Origin: Eledone cirrhosa
Taxonomy: Eukaryota
Assembly (NCBI GenBank): GCA_964016885.1
Contig: OZ024759.1
Coordinates: forward strand, 4,092,001-4,156,000
Direction of reading: 5' to 3'
Length of the DNA: 64,000 nucleotides
Shown here piece by piece: positions 10,845 through 23,509 of this stretch (its first letter is position 1; each line of letters begins with the position of its first letter). Below the pieces are notes generated by a model. The model had not been told where the DNA came from. It worked only from the letters and a program-made list of their open reading frames with translations, and did not search any database. Position numbers and translations under genes: made by a program.

Positions 10845-13800
10845 CTACAGGCTGATATAGAGAGAAGACCCATTCACTCTGGCCATTCTCCCTACTTTCA
10901 CCCACCTTTCATAAAACTTGCTGGGGTAGAGCACCTCTCTCTCCATTCTGATCCTTCTTTTAAAATGGTATTTGAAAAAGGGGACCAGTTGTTGGCCGGA
11001 GAGATAGGTGTCTGACCTCAGCCCTTTCAGCCTCGTCCACCATACAACTTCTTTAGCCATGGCTATCACACAGAGAAAAACCGCCTCTCCTTCGTTTTTG
11101 AAAGGGGGAGGCGGTTTGATTGTGACAATGGACTCGGTGGTCAACCGGATTGGTCCCACCTTCGACAGTAGTCGTTCCACATAGCCCCACAGGTCAGCAA
11201 TGCCTGGGCAGTGTACGAATGCGTGCGCAACCATTTCGTCATCATGCACGCATCTCGGACAGATCTTATTCAAAGGATCCCTACCCAAGCTCCCATGCCT
11301 GGAGCTTGTCTCGAACGGGTAGAGCCCCTCGGTAGCACTGCCAAGCCAGGGACTTTTGGATGTTGTCCATCGGTCCAGGGCCAAACGTCCTACCGAACAG
11401 ACTGGCCAGTTCATCTTCCTCCATGCCTAGAGCTTCTCCGAGAGCATCGTCGCACCTGCTGCGTACCAACCCTCTATAGAATGTCGAGGTGGAGTCTCCA
11501 CTGATTGCCGGGTCCGCTTTCCAGAGGGCCGTGAGCGCCTGGGCACATTCAATGTGCCAGTCGCCCACTTTTCTCGGTCTTTGCTTGACCCATGATTGCA
11601 GCTCGGTGAGCGAGACGAGTCTGGGAAAGGCTCGCCTCACAAACGGGGCCCACACCGGTTGACCGGTGAGGAATACCTGGAGGTGCCGTAGCCTTAATGC
11701 GTGTTTACGCATCTGTAGCCATGGCATCCCCAGCCCTCCTTTCGAAGGGTGTTGACAGCAGATGGATCTCCTCCCCAAAGGGGTCCGCTTGTTCCAAAGA
11801 AATTGGAACAGCGCGCACTCCATTTTGGCGAGTCTTTTCACTGGGCAAGGCACGACGGTCAAGCGGTAGTAGATGACGGATGCTATATAAGTATTCGCCA
11901 CCTCCGCTCGACCTTTCAGGGATAGTTTGCACTGGGCCCACACCCTGGCCGTTACCTTGTTCCAGTTTTTCTCCACCTGGAGGTCTGGTCCGAACGAGAC
12001 CCCAAGCAGCTTCACCGGGCCCTCTGTCCAGCGTCCGACGACCTCGTTGGAGGGCATCGGTTTGCCTCTCCATGTTCCGAGTTGCAAACCGACGGACTTG
12101 TCCCGGTTCAGCTTGGCTCCTGTAAACCTTTCATATTCCTCCAGTAAGGTGCCAATTTGCGAGGTTTTCGACACCATTACTGTCACGTCATCGGCGTAGG
12201 CCGACGCCGCTTTCTGCAATCCCGGTTCCAAAGTGATGCCCTGCAACCGCTCCAACTTCCGCAGTAGTGGCTCAAGAGCCAGCACATACAGAAGGGAGGA
12301 GAGAGGGCATCCCTGTCCGATGGATCGCATGATTTGGAACGGCTCCGAGAGGTGGCCGTTCACCTTGACCCTTGAGCAGACGTTGCTGCTGTGCATCGCA
12401 GCAATCCAACCCCTGAAAAAGGGTCCGAAGTCTGCCGCCGTGAGCACCGCATCCAGGTAACGATGGTCAACCCTATCGAAAGCTTTAGATTGATCCAAGT
12501 TGATCAGGGCCCCACTAAAGCCGGGTTCATTCCCTACCCTCTCTATGATGTATCGCATAAGGTGGAGATTGTCGTGAATGGACCTGGACGGGATTGCGCA
12601 TGTCTGCGCTTCTCCCACCAGGTTTCCGACGACAAGCGCCAACCTCTTCGCTAACACCTTGGCCAAAATCTTTAACTCTGTATTTAGCAGAGTTATGGGC
12701 CTGAAGTTACTTATGTCATCCCCCTTGTTCTCACCCTCCTCACCAGCGTAACTACGCCCTTGGTCACAGAACTGGGAATTCTCCCGTTCTGCTGCCAGTT
12801 GCAGTAGACCGCTTCAAGGATATCAGAGAACAAGTCCGGCATCGCTACATATAGCTCGTAAGGTAGACCATCGACACCCGGGGATTTGCGTTTGCCGCTT
12901 TGGCTCAGCGCCGCCCCTATCTCAGCAGCTGAAATCGGCCTTTCGCAGGACTTCGCCTCCGTGTCCGAGAGGCGCGGCAGACCGTCGAGGTATGGATTGA
13001 AATCCATAGTCTCACCCGGCGCGCCGCCCCTCTCGAACAGTCATGCAAAGTGCCACTGAAAGGCCGCACACATCTGCCCAGGTTCAAGGATCACACGCCC
13101 ATCCTGGTCCTTCAAAGACCGAATCGTGGACTTGTTACCACTTTTTGCCTCTGTCACTCGGGCCCAGCTAACAGCTTTGGCTCCCTCATTACCCAGAGCA
13201 CGTATTTTACTCCTGACAACGCAGCCTTCATGCTTCACCTCAAAGAACTGGTCTAAGGCCATTCTTGATGCCAGCACGCTGGCTACATTGCCACTCCTAA
13301 TCGCCTCATCTACTCTATCTACTAATTCCCTTTCCGTCTTGTTCCTATCCCTTGCTAAATCCTGACTAAAACCTATCGATTCTATTCTAATTGCTCTCTT
13401 AAGAGAGATCCACCACCTGTTGTTGACAATTGCCCCTGTCAAACTCTGCTTAACTAACGTGCTAATCCATTTACTGTAAGCTTTGCTTGTCGGTAAGGAC
13501 AAGTTCAGCTTCCAGTAACCGGGTCCCTGTCTATGGGTTCTATCAAGGTTGGCTATGCAGGTCACTAACTTGTGATCCGAATAGTCAACCATGAACATTT
13601 TTGGACAGCTAAATGTGTCCCTATCCTTCTCTCTAACTAGGATCCTATCTAGGTACGACCTAGAGCCGCTGCGATTGGTCCACGTCCATAGTGGTACAGT
13701 CGGAAAATCTAGTCGATATCTATCGGCCAGGTCAAATCGGCCAATTAACCGTTTGAGGCTTTTACACCCCTCTGTATTGGCACATGCCCCTACATAGTCC

Positions 13801-14249
13801 CAACGTGCATCCAGGATACCATTCCAGTCCCCCACTAAAAGCAAGGAGCTGGACGTTCCCAGAAAAGTTTCCAGATGTTGGAAGTATTCCGGCCGTGCTG
13901 CCCAAAAAGGGGCGTACGCAGCAATTAGTCTAAGGGCTCCACTTTCACTACTGCCGACTTCTAAAACCACCAGTCGACCCTCCGGGTCCAGGTGCACCTT
14001 CTGTATGGTGAGGCTCAGGTATTTTCGCAGCAGAACGACAACTCCACCCCCACCCCCCGGTTGACAGAGAGATGCGAAGATCTCAAAGTCGTCGAAGAGG
14101 GGCGCCAGTTGGCGCTCGCTGCTGATCCTGGACTCGCAAATAGCCATTACATCCATTCTATGCGACCTGAGATCGTTTAAAAGTTTGCCTTGTTTCCAAG
14201 ACAGTCCCAGGCCGCGTACATTCAGACACCCAACTCTTATATCAGCCAT
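10845..14249 (-). pseudogene. Tx1-like ORF2 (APE endonuclease + reverse transcriptase + zf-RVT) with stops and frameshifts
   Basis: Motifs CLNVRGL, ICESR, VGDWN, LDRIL, YSDHK; KSPGVDGLPYE; LDQSKAFDRVDH, QGCPLS, AYADD; CPRC...HAFVHC. Split over ORFs 13041-14249, 12711-13007, 11281-12666 and 10845-11414. Confidence 0.9.
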
Positions 14250-14254
14250 GTTGG

Positions 14255-16018
14255 TTAAAAGAGGAAGGACCTACCTGTTCGGCTCCTGAGGAGCAGGTTG
14301 CACAATATCCATGGGCGTATTGGAGGGATTGTTTGGTGGGGTGTTGTTTTGTGGTGGGGTGGGGTGGGGGTGTTTGGTGAGGTGTGGGTGGGGAAACGTT
14401 TCAAGAGGACGCGGTTATAGGGTCGAGTACATGTTTTCCCCACGTCCTCAGGAAAGTTCTCTCTTAGTTTTGCATAGGTGTCCATTGGGAGTCTTATCAT
14501 TTTTAAATGCGGTTTGTTGGCCGCGCTTGCAAAGAATTGCCCTTCAGTTTCCACCGAAGGGTCTTTGTGTATTGTTTTTACTAGTTCTCTGTTATTTGTG
14601 TTAATGTATGTATACTGTTTTATTTGTGTTGTGTTTGTTTGTTGTTCTTGTGTGTGCTTGCGTTTTGTTGTATGTGTTATGTTTTGGGGCGGGGCGGATT
14701 TTGTTTGTTCTGTTTGTTTTGTTTTTGTTGGTGGTTGTGTGTTTCTTTCATTTATGTTCGAGTGGTGCTTTCTTTTTTTCCTTTTTACAGGTTGGAAGGG
14801 TCCCCCCCTCTTCGTCACTAGGTGCTATTTCAGCTGGGTCCTCGTCCGTGCTGTCGGGTAGTGGTGTATTTTGGGGTTTTGTTGTGTTTGTGTGTGTTTT
14901 TGGAGTTGTTTTGGGTGGGGCCGTGTCTTGTGTTATTTTTCCGTGTTGTTTTTTGTTGTTGTTGTGGTGGTGGTAGTGGTGGTGGTGGCGGTGGTAGTGT
15001 GTGGGGTGTAGGCAAAAGAGCCTTTTTTTTGTCAATTGAGGGCAGGCAGCCCTTAGATGACCCCTGCTTGAACAGTAGTAACATATGGGCCTCCTACCCT
15101 GGGCTGAAATGTATATAAATGTTTCTCCATCGAGGGACACCCTCTGTGGTATTCTAGCTATTCGTTCTGGTCTCATTTGGACCAGAACCTCCACGCTCAA
15201 ACCGCAGAAAACGTCTGTGGTGACTTCTCCTACTGAAAGGATTCCGTCCTCGTCTTCTAAAAATCCTGTTAGTACCCAGGAAATGCATTAATTTGGCCGG
15301 ATTCCGGAGACTCTTATTTTCTGCGTTCTTTTCCCCAAATATGTGGGGAGAAATGTGTGTAGCTTGGAAACAATTGGCGACACAGAGTATTTCCTGGCCG
15401 TCAATTGATCCTTCATTAGCACCGTTATATTCCCATAGAGTGGCCCTTTTTGTATGAACGATATATCACTCCACACACTTTTTAGGACCAGCTCAATTTC
15501 TTTTGGGATAATTGAGCTGGTTTCCTTGTTATGTTGGAAATTGTTCTGAAAGATATCGTTCTTAGTGTCGTGTCTCTTTTGATTTCTTGTGGGGAGGTGA
15601 TTGTGAAGTCTCCTCCTTCTTTGAAAGTTACATACTGTTTTGCTTCCTTCATCTTTTCTCTCAGAGTTGTAATGTCCAGTTGCTTGCAGGTCTGTGTTTT
15701 CCGGACCGCCTGTGCAAAGGAGGCACCAGTAGTGGGTTCGCTTTGTTTGGTGTTATCGTTATTTTTTCCTTGGTTGGTGTTGTGACTATTGCTGTTGTTG
15801 ATCATGCTGTTATTGTCATTGTTGTTTTTGTCTGCGTTTATGTGACTTTCTGGGTTTTCACCCATTTTTACAAATTTTTCTTTTAATTCCGTGTTCCATG
15901 TTTCTTTATCAGAAGTGAGGAGGGAAGACTTAGAGCCTTGTGCTTCTAGCTTCTCTGTATCACCTTTCTTAGGGGGCGTGGCTTTCTTGTTAGGATGAGA
16001 TGTGAAAATTCCGTCCAT
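14255..16018 (-). pseudogene. Tx1-like ORF1 (gag-like, CCHC zinc knuckle), frameshifted
   Basis: ASFAQAV motif, GRRPICYYCSSRGHLRAACP knuckle and FQPVKRKKRK basic patch, spread over several frames. Confidence 0.75.
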
Positions 16019-17114
16019 TTCTATCAGTTTGCCGTAATAAATTTTTAAAAGGAAAATTCGCCCCAAAAAGGGGCGAAAATAAATAAACTCAAAGTTTGAC
16101 AACCAAGGCAAGGGGTTAACGTATATTACAGTATAAAAAAATTAATCAAAACTCACTTTTGAGTAAGTAAATCCAACTCGGTAGCCGAGCTTGTTCACAC
16201 ACGTCAACACACGTCTCTCGTATACGAGATGTTATGTGAGATATTATGTGAGGTAAAGCCTTTACTGTGAAAATACAATAGTATATATAGAGTAATGTAA
16301 ATGTTATGTGAGATATTATGTGAGGTAAAGCCTTTACTGTGAAAATACAATAGTATATATAGAGTAATGTAAAAGCTATGTGAGATATTATGTGAGGTAA
16401 AGCCTTTACTGTGAAAATACAATAGTATATATAGAGTAATGTAAATGTTACGTGAGATATTATGTGAGGTAAAGCCTTTACTGTGAAAATACAATAGTAT
16501 ATATAGAGTAATGTAAATGTTACGTGAGATATTATGTGAGGTAACGCCTTTACTGTGAAAATACAATAGTATATATAGAGTAATGTAAATGTTATGTGAG
16601 GTATTATGTGAGGTAAAGCCTTTACCACAAAAATACAATAGTATATATAGAGTAATGTAAATGTTATGTGAGGTATTATGTGAGGTAAAGCCTTTACTGT
16701 GAAAATACAATAGTATATATAGAGTAATGTAAATGTTATATGAGGTATTATGTGAAGTAAAGCCTTTACTGTGAAAATACAATAGTATATATAGAGTAAT
16801 GTAAATGTTATGTGAGGTATTATGTGAGGTAAAGCCTTTACCACAAAAATACAATAGTATATATAGAGTAATGTAAATGTTATGTGAGAGATATTGTGAG
16901 GTAAAGCCTTTACTGTGAAAATACAATAGTATATATAGAGTAATGTAAATGTTATGTGAGGTATTATGTGAGGTAAAGCCTTTACTGTGACAATACAATA
17001 GTATATATAGAGTAATGTAAATGCTAAAGAGTTAAAACATAACTTAACAAATGTTCTTACATAAAGTTAGGATAGAAGGTTTTAAGATAGTTATAAACAT
17101 TTTATCATAAACTA

Positions 17115-17660
17115 AGATGCGTGGCTCTGTGTTTAGAGTATTCGCCTCACAATCGTAAGGTCATGAGTTTGTTTACCAGCGGAGTGTTGTGTCCTTGAGC
17201 AAGACACTTTATTTCATATTATTCCAGTTCACTCAGCTGGCAAAAATGAGTTGTACCTGTAATTCAAAGGGTCAGCCTTGTCACACTCTGTGTCATGCTG
17301 AATCTCCCTGAGAGCTATGTTAACCCTTTAGCATTTAAACTGGCCATATCCGGCCAGAATTCTCTCACATCTTTCTGTTCAAACCAGCCATAACTGGCTG
17401 CTCATACTTATGTGAAGGTATTGTTCTCAAAATATATAATATCAAAATCTCATAGATTTGATATTATGTGAGATAATTATGTAAGATAAAGCCTTTACCA
17501 CAAAAATGTAATATTAGATATGGAGTAATGTAAATGCTAAAGGGTTAAGGGTATGCATGTCTGTGGAATACTCAGCCACTTGCACGTTAATTTCATGAAC
17601 AGGCTGTTCCAGTAATAGTGTCAACTGGAACACTCATTGTTGTAACCGACAGTGCCAGTT
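17115..17660 (+). mobile_element. Family-B CORE-like SINE split at a TTAA by a MITE
   Basis: gtgtccttgagcaagacactt core. The body continues across the insertion (gagctatgTTAA ... TTAAgggtatgcatgtc), colinear with the 52615-52665 copy. Confidence 0.75.
17324..17544. mobile_element. 221-bp piggyBac-like MITE (unexpanded reference copy)
   Basis: Duplicated TTAA target; TIR ccctttagcattta / taaatgctaaaggg. Confidence 0.9.
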
Positions 17661-17781
17661 CAAGTTCAAGGGGTAGAGTTGATTCAGACAGTTTGGTATC
17701 CAAACAGTTAAACAATTAGGAACATGTGTGTTTCATGCCAATTATAAATAAATGTCTTTAGTAAATGGTGACATTCTAGAA

Positions 17782-18961
17782 CAGAGGTTCTCAAACTTTT
17801 TCGGGCCATCGCCCCCCACACGGCCTTGTAATACCCTCTAAAACACCACACCTATTTCCAGAGAGACCTACCTACAAGCAAATTGTAAATAATATAAAAA
17901 AAAGGAACGATTGACTTTCGTCAAATCGGACCGAGGAAACAATGTTTCCGTTGGTCTTTCCAATTGCTAATACTATCTATCGGTCGCAACTCCAGGTCGA
18001 AGGAGCAACGTGAAATAAAGTAAATAATATATAATACATAAAATGGTTGATATATAATAAATAATTCTTTCTACTTTTGGCACAAGGCCAGCAATTACTC
18101 CAGTGTATTACTGGTACTGTATTTTATCGACCCAGTAAAGGTGAAAGGCAAAATTAACCTAGGAGGGATTTAAACTCAGATAATAAAGGGCCGTAACTCT
18201 ATGCTGCAAAGCATGGTGTCCTACCTTCTATAATATATCGACAGTCGATCAACTTCCATCAAATTGGACCACGGAATCAATGCTTCCATTGGTCTTTCCA
18301 ATTGCTAATACTATCTATCAGTTGCAACTCCAGGTAGAAAGAACAACCTCACAACCTCACGATTGCAAATCCGATTCGCTAATCACTCAGCCTTCACTAT
18401 CATCATCATTATCATCATTTTACATCCGCTTTTCCCTGCTTGTAAGGGTGGGACAGGTCTTATTAAACACAGCATCTCTCCATTTGTCACGGTTCCTTGT
18501 CATCTCCTCCATGAGCTTCAGTGATCTGAGGTCTGCTCTCACCACCTCTGCCCATGTTTTTCGTGATCTTCCTCTACTGTGTCTTCCTTCTACTGTGATT
18601 TCTTGGCAGTTCTTTACCCAGCTGTCATCCACCATGCGCATCACATGTCCATACCAACACAGTCTTCTCTCCCACACACTACAACTTATCCCTCTTATAC
18701 ACAGTTTCTCTCTCAACTCGTCTATACTTTGTCGTTCACACACATTGACATCACACATGCAACAGCATATACTTGCTTCATTTCTATCCACTATATAATA
18801 TATACTATGTATCAATAAATATCATATACTTTTTTTATTTTACTATATTTATATATAAAATTTATCATTTGATATTTGATATACTATTATATCCTCTCCA
18901 CCCCCATCCTTAAGCCCCAGCACCCCTCTTGGGGCAGTAGCACCCACTTTGAGAACCTCTG
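17782..18961. mobile_element. hAT (Charlie/MER5-like) MITE with a nested SINE (18064-18230) and an RTE fragment (18400-18790)
   Basis: TIR cagaggttctcaaa / tttgagaacctctg. 8-bp TSD ttctagaa / ttctagag at a TCTAGA-type site. Confidence 0.85.
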
Positions 18962-19040
18962 TTCTAGAGGGAAGTGAAATTGTAAAGTTTAACAGGCAAG
19001 AAGACAACATTTTTCCAAACAAACAAAAAAACCAACTTAC

Positions 19041-19295
19041 TATCAATATAGTTATAATATATCCTTAGTTGGGAAATATCGTATGTTTGTCTGAGTTCAA
19101 GAGTCCACAATGATGTTGGAGAGCTCATTGTATGAGAACAAGATCTGTGTTGTGGGTTTTGATCGAAGTTATCTACAGCCAGGTTAGCTGACATTGAGTA
19201 CATTTCATTGCGACAAACATTGTTTTTCATTAGAATTACACTGCTTGTTTTGTCTGTCGTGGTTTGTGTAGCTACTTTACCAATAGCTATATTTC
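19041..19295 (-). CDS. Exon (255 bp, phase 1-1): N-terminal half of the F-type-lectin-like domain
   Basis: tttcag|GA AAT ATA GCT...ATT GAT A|gtaag. Translates NIAIGKVATQTT...ANLAVD...CSHT...WTLEL...ISQLRIYY. Confidence 0.88.
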
Positions 19296-19465
19296 CTGAA
19301 AAAGAATGAAAGAAAATTTAATGAAAGTCAATTACTATGAAATGAAATGGATCTCAGTCAGTTGAAACGATGATTGATCCAGTGGGAAAAGACAAATTGT
19401 TTTCTATATACTAAACTTTTGAAATATCTTTTACGTTATCTCTAAATTATTCCATATTTCCAGTA

Positions 19466-19742
19466 GAGGCATGTGGCCTAGTGTTAAGTGTGTTGGACTT
19501 ACAATCATAATGTCATGGGTTCGATTTCTGGGGTGGGTTGTGTGTTGTGTTCTTGAGCAAAACACTTCATTTCACGTTGCTCCAGTATACTCTGCTGAAA
19601 ATGAGCACCAGCAATAACTGTGGAGGGTGTAACCCTGCAATGGACTGATGTCCTGTCCAGGAGGAAGTCTTGTACTCACAGTCGCTTTATGCCATGAAAC
19701 CAGGATAAGCATTGGCCTAATGAGCCTTCAGGCTTGAGACAG
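19466..19742 (+). mobile_element. Family-B CORE-like SINE
   Basis: tRNA-like head gtggcctagtg..gggttcgat and core tgtgttcttgagcaaaacactt. Confidence 0.8.
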
Positions 19743-19926
19743 TATAGTCCTATACGAACGAGACACGGTCACCCGACCAATCTTGCCTCAATTGGGACAA
19801 CTCCCGACTAACCCATGCTAGCATGGAAGATAGATGTAAACGATGATGATGATGATGATGATATAGCAACCTCAGCCTCAACAGCGACAGCAACAACAAC
19901 GGCATGATAATTAGAAATCTACTTAC

Positions 19927-20070
19927 TATAGGTTTTTACTTGGCAATCCGGTCCGGTCCATCCTTCTTCACAGCCATATGGGCAAGCCCCAGTTTGTTGA
20001 TGGCAGTCAGCATCGTTTAAACAATGGCATTGCTTGTTACAAGTATATCCATACCATTGAGATGCACAAC
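19927..20070 (-). CDS. Exon (144 bp, phase 1-1) encoding an EGF-like repeat
   Basis: aacatag|GT TGT GCA...ACC TAT A|gtaagt. Translates GCASQWYGYTCNKQCHCLNDADCHQQTGACPYGCEEGWTGPDCQVKTY. Confidence 0.92.
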
Positions 20071-20140
20071 CTATGTTAAAAGTTAGAATTTATCACACTG
20101 ATGGACTACATTTCCACAGTTCTCTCTCATCTACAGTTAA

Positions 20141-21127
20141 TTGTTTCTACTATTTGGCACAAGGTACCAGTAATACACAGGGGTAATTGCTGAATTACCT
20201 CAGTGCATTACTGGAACTTTATTTTATTGACCCCCCCATAAGAATGAAAGGCAAACCTTGGCGGGTTTGAAATCAGAACGTAAAGGTCCATAACTCTATG
20301 CTGCAAAGCATGGTGTCTGACACTCTACGGATTACTGCCAATCCAATAATAATAATTGTTTCTACTTTTGGCATAAGGCCAGCCAGCAATTACCCCCAGT
20401 GCATTACTGGTACTTTATTTTATCGACCTCCGTAAGAATGAAAGGCAAAGCTAACTTCAGCAGGATTTGAACACAGAACGTAAAGGGCCATAATTCTATG
20501 CTGCAAAACATGGTGTCTGATGCTCTACGGATTACTGCCAGTCCAATCCAGCAATTACCCCCAGTGCATTACTGGTACTTTATTTTATCGACCCCTGTAA
20601 GGATGAAAGGCAAAGTTAACCTCGGCGGGATTTGAACTCAGAACATAAAGGGCCGTAAAAATGGTGTCTGACACTCTACCGATTACTGCCAGTCTCACAT
20701 AATTATCTCACCTAATATTATGGTCTGAGTTCAAATCCCGTCAAGGATAACTTTACCATTCATCCTTACGGGGGTCGATAAAATAAAGTACCAGTAATAC
20801 ACTAGGGTATTTGCTGGTCTTGTGCCCCCAAAAGTAGAAACATAATATTGAATATATTAGATTTTGATATTATCTATTTTGAGAACATTATCTTAACATT
20901 AATAAGGGCGGTGGGTTGGCAGTATCGGTGGAGGGTCGGACGCCATGCTTTCCAGCATAGAGTTACGGCCCTTTACGATCTGAGTAATGCACTGGGTCAT
21001 TGCTGGCCTTGTGCCCAAAGTAGAAACAATTATCTTAACATTAATATGAACGGCTGGTTACAGCCAGTTTGAACAGAAAGAGGTGAGAGAATTCTGGCCA
21101 GATACAGTCGCTTTAAATGCTAAAGGG
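20141..21127. mobile_element. Cluster of ~5 family-A SINE copies (both strands) mixed with the right part of a TTAA MITE
   Basis: Repeated family-A core and tail motifs; MITE end taaatgctaaaggg|ttaa at 21127. Confidence 0.75.
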
Positions 21128-21188
21128 TTAACAGTCACAGTTTGTAGAGATTAACAACTAAAGTTTGAATGAATAAAGATCAACAGAC

Positions 21189-21338
21189 CTGATAATGATA
21201 ATGTTTCGATACAGGTACCCTCTCCTTTTATAGAAATAGACCAAGCGTTTACATCCCCTGAACAGCTCAAAGGTCTGGTTGTACATATTGATTTACAAAA
21301 GGGTTCCTTAGATTTGTCAAAAAATACCAAAACTGTCT
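21189..21338 (-). CDS. Probable exon (150 bp, phase 1-1) of the same receptor gene
   Basis: catttcag|AG ACA GTT...TCA G|gtctgt. Stop-free TVLVFFDKSKEPFCKSICTTRPLSCSGDVNAWSISIKGEGTCIETLSLSG, in phase with the next exon; the donor is weak. Confidence 0.6.
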
Positions 21339-21766
21339 CTGAAATGAGAAGTGTAAATATATATATATATATATATATATCATCATCATCATCATCAACG
21401 TTTAACGTCCGTGTTCCACGCTTGCATGGGTTTGGACGGGGGTATTCCCACTTGAGGCAAGAGTGATTGTCTTGCTCGCATAGGACTGTCTGGCAGGTTT
21501 TCTACAGTTGGATGCCCTTCCTAACACCAACCACATTTACAGTGTGGGACTGGGAGGTTTTTACCATAATATACATATATAATATATATATAATATATAT
21601 ATAATATATATATATAATATACATATATAATATATATATATAATATATATATATATAATATACATATATAATATATATATAATATATATATATAATATAT
21701 ATATATAATATACATATATAATATATATATAATATATATATATAATAGATATATAATATATATATA

Positions 21767-23093
21767 TCTATACTATAAAGCTGATGGCCGTATGTAGGTA
21801 CAAACTTTCCGCCAAACGGCTAGACCAAACAGCACCAAATTTGCTCCATAGATGTAACTTTTTCCAAGTAAAAAAGTGAGGGTATTTTTGTCTACTGAAT
21901 GATTAAAGACATTATTTAAATATTCACTTTTTTAAAATTTCAAACATCAACACTTCCGGTTATACGTCATTCCTCAATTTTCTTATGACGTCACACAACA
22001 TTCCCCTCTTTTTCTTAGTCTGTATGTCTGGCTGTCTGCATTAGATAACGTTTTTCGAAATATTTACTTCTGCGTTCACAGACTGATATTTTTAGTTTCA
22101 GAAGATCCCATTAAGGGTGAAAGCAGCGATTCTTTGCCTAAACTTTAATCTGTTATTTTAATATATATATTCGTGTACAGATATTTTTGCATACACAAAA
22201 ACAAAAACCTATTTATTTCATGAAAGCACAGACGGCTTATCGTCATTGTTACTGTTCGAGGTTAGAGGACCACAGTCTTTCCAAGATCTGAGAACCATCA
22301 ATGGCCATCAATGTTCCACTTACTGTTAGGCTTGCCAGATGCGTGGTATGTTACATGATGACAGCCATTGACACCTCACCCTGCTAAATAGCTAAAGTCC
22401 CTTCTCAGCTGCGAAAACCTTTTGCTATTATGCTGCACAACTGCGATATCGCCGACCCTCTCGCACTGTGGAACAACCACTGCGAAAGTCTAGCTGAGGA
22501 TATCCTCCACCGCACACACAGACACAATCCAAACCTAACATACAATGTCGTTTTCAATGAGGCGCTCATTTGTCTTGAAAACAGAGTCCTGGAGATTGGT
22601 GGTCGGCCTCTAGGCCACTACAGCTTACCTGCTCCTGACAGGAGTGTCCAGAGGTCAACGTCTACAGAGCTTCTTTGCGAGACGAGCTACGAAATCAGTG
22701 ATTCTCCCATGGTCAATTGTATGTAGGATGCTCTAGGGTTAGCTCACCAAACAATCTTTGCTCCGGAGGGCTGAACAAAAAATATTTTATACTCTGAGGC
22801 TCTAACAATGTAATTTAAATATTTTCTGTTACTTGGAATTTCCATTATGGTTGTACAAATTATTGTTTGTTAAAAAATGTGTTCTCTGTTCAGCCTTTAT
22901 TGTTGTAACTATCAATTTTCTTTAATGTACTGGCTGCTGAAGTGGGGAATCTTAAAAACTATTGAAACCCAACACCAGAGCACATTAACCCCCCCAACCC
23001 CCTCTCGCTTACTTGAGAGGGCATGCGGTATCTTTCCTGAAAAGATAAAATGCCGGTATACTTAGCCAGGCACCAGCCGGAAAGGCCAGCTAG
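21767..23093 (+). mobile_element. Non-autonomous Helitron retaining a degenerate RepHel fragment
   Basis: a|TCtatactataaag 5' end and GC-rich subterminal sequence followed by CTAG|t 3' end. Internal LLLFEVRGPQSFQDLRTINGH...LWNNHCESLAEDIL resembles the RepHel linker region. Confidence 0.8.
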
Positions 23094-23132
23094 TAATATA
23101 TATATATAATAAATATATAATATATATATATA

Positions 23133-23317
23133 ATTGTTTCTACTTTTGGCACAAGGCCAGCAATTACACAGTTCATTACTGGTACTTTATTTTATCGACC
23201 CACTAAGGATGAAAGGCAAAGTTAACCTTGACGGGATTTGAACTCAGGCCGTAAAGGGACATAACTATGCTGGAAAGCATGGCGTCCGACCCTCTACTGA
23301 TACTGTCAATTCACCGC

Positions 23318-23320
<3 letters not shown>
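23133..23320 (-). mobile_element. Family-A SINE
   Basis: Full head-to-tail match to the other family-A copies. Confidence 0.85.
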
Positions 23321-23387
<67 letters not shown>

Positions 23388-23509
23388 CTCACTCTTCGTG
23401 CGGCTGTTACTTAAATATAAGTATGTATACGTACATACATATATGTATACAGGCGTACAGTAGTATGTATATATATATACATACATGCACACATATATAT
23501 ATGTACGTA

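Larger units (their letters stand above)
10609..16228 (-). mobile_element. Near full-length L1-clade (Tx1-like) non-LTR retrotransposon, disrupted
   Basis: ORF1 has a CCHC knuckle; ORF2 has APE endonuclease, RT and a C-terminal Zn finger. The 3' end reads ...ggcaaataaagaaacc. Confidence 0.9.
9956..17031. mobile_element. TTAA MITE expanded by a nested SINE (10114-10330), ~72-bp satellite units (10331-10608 and 16229-17020) and a Tx1 LINE
   Basis: TTAA|ccctttagcattta at 9956 and taaatgctaaagag|TTAA at 17031. The satellite units are the reverse complement of those in 4806-7850. Confidence 0.85.
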
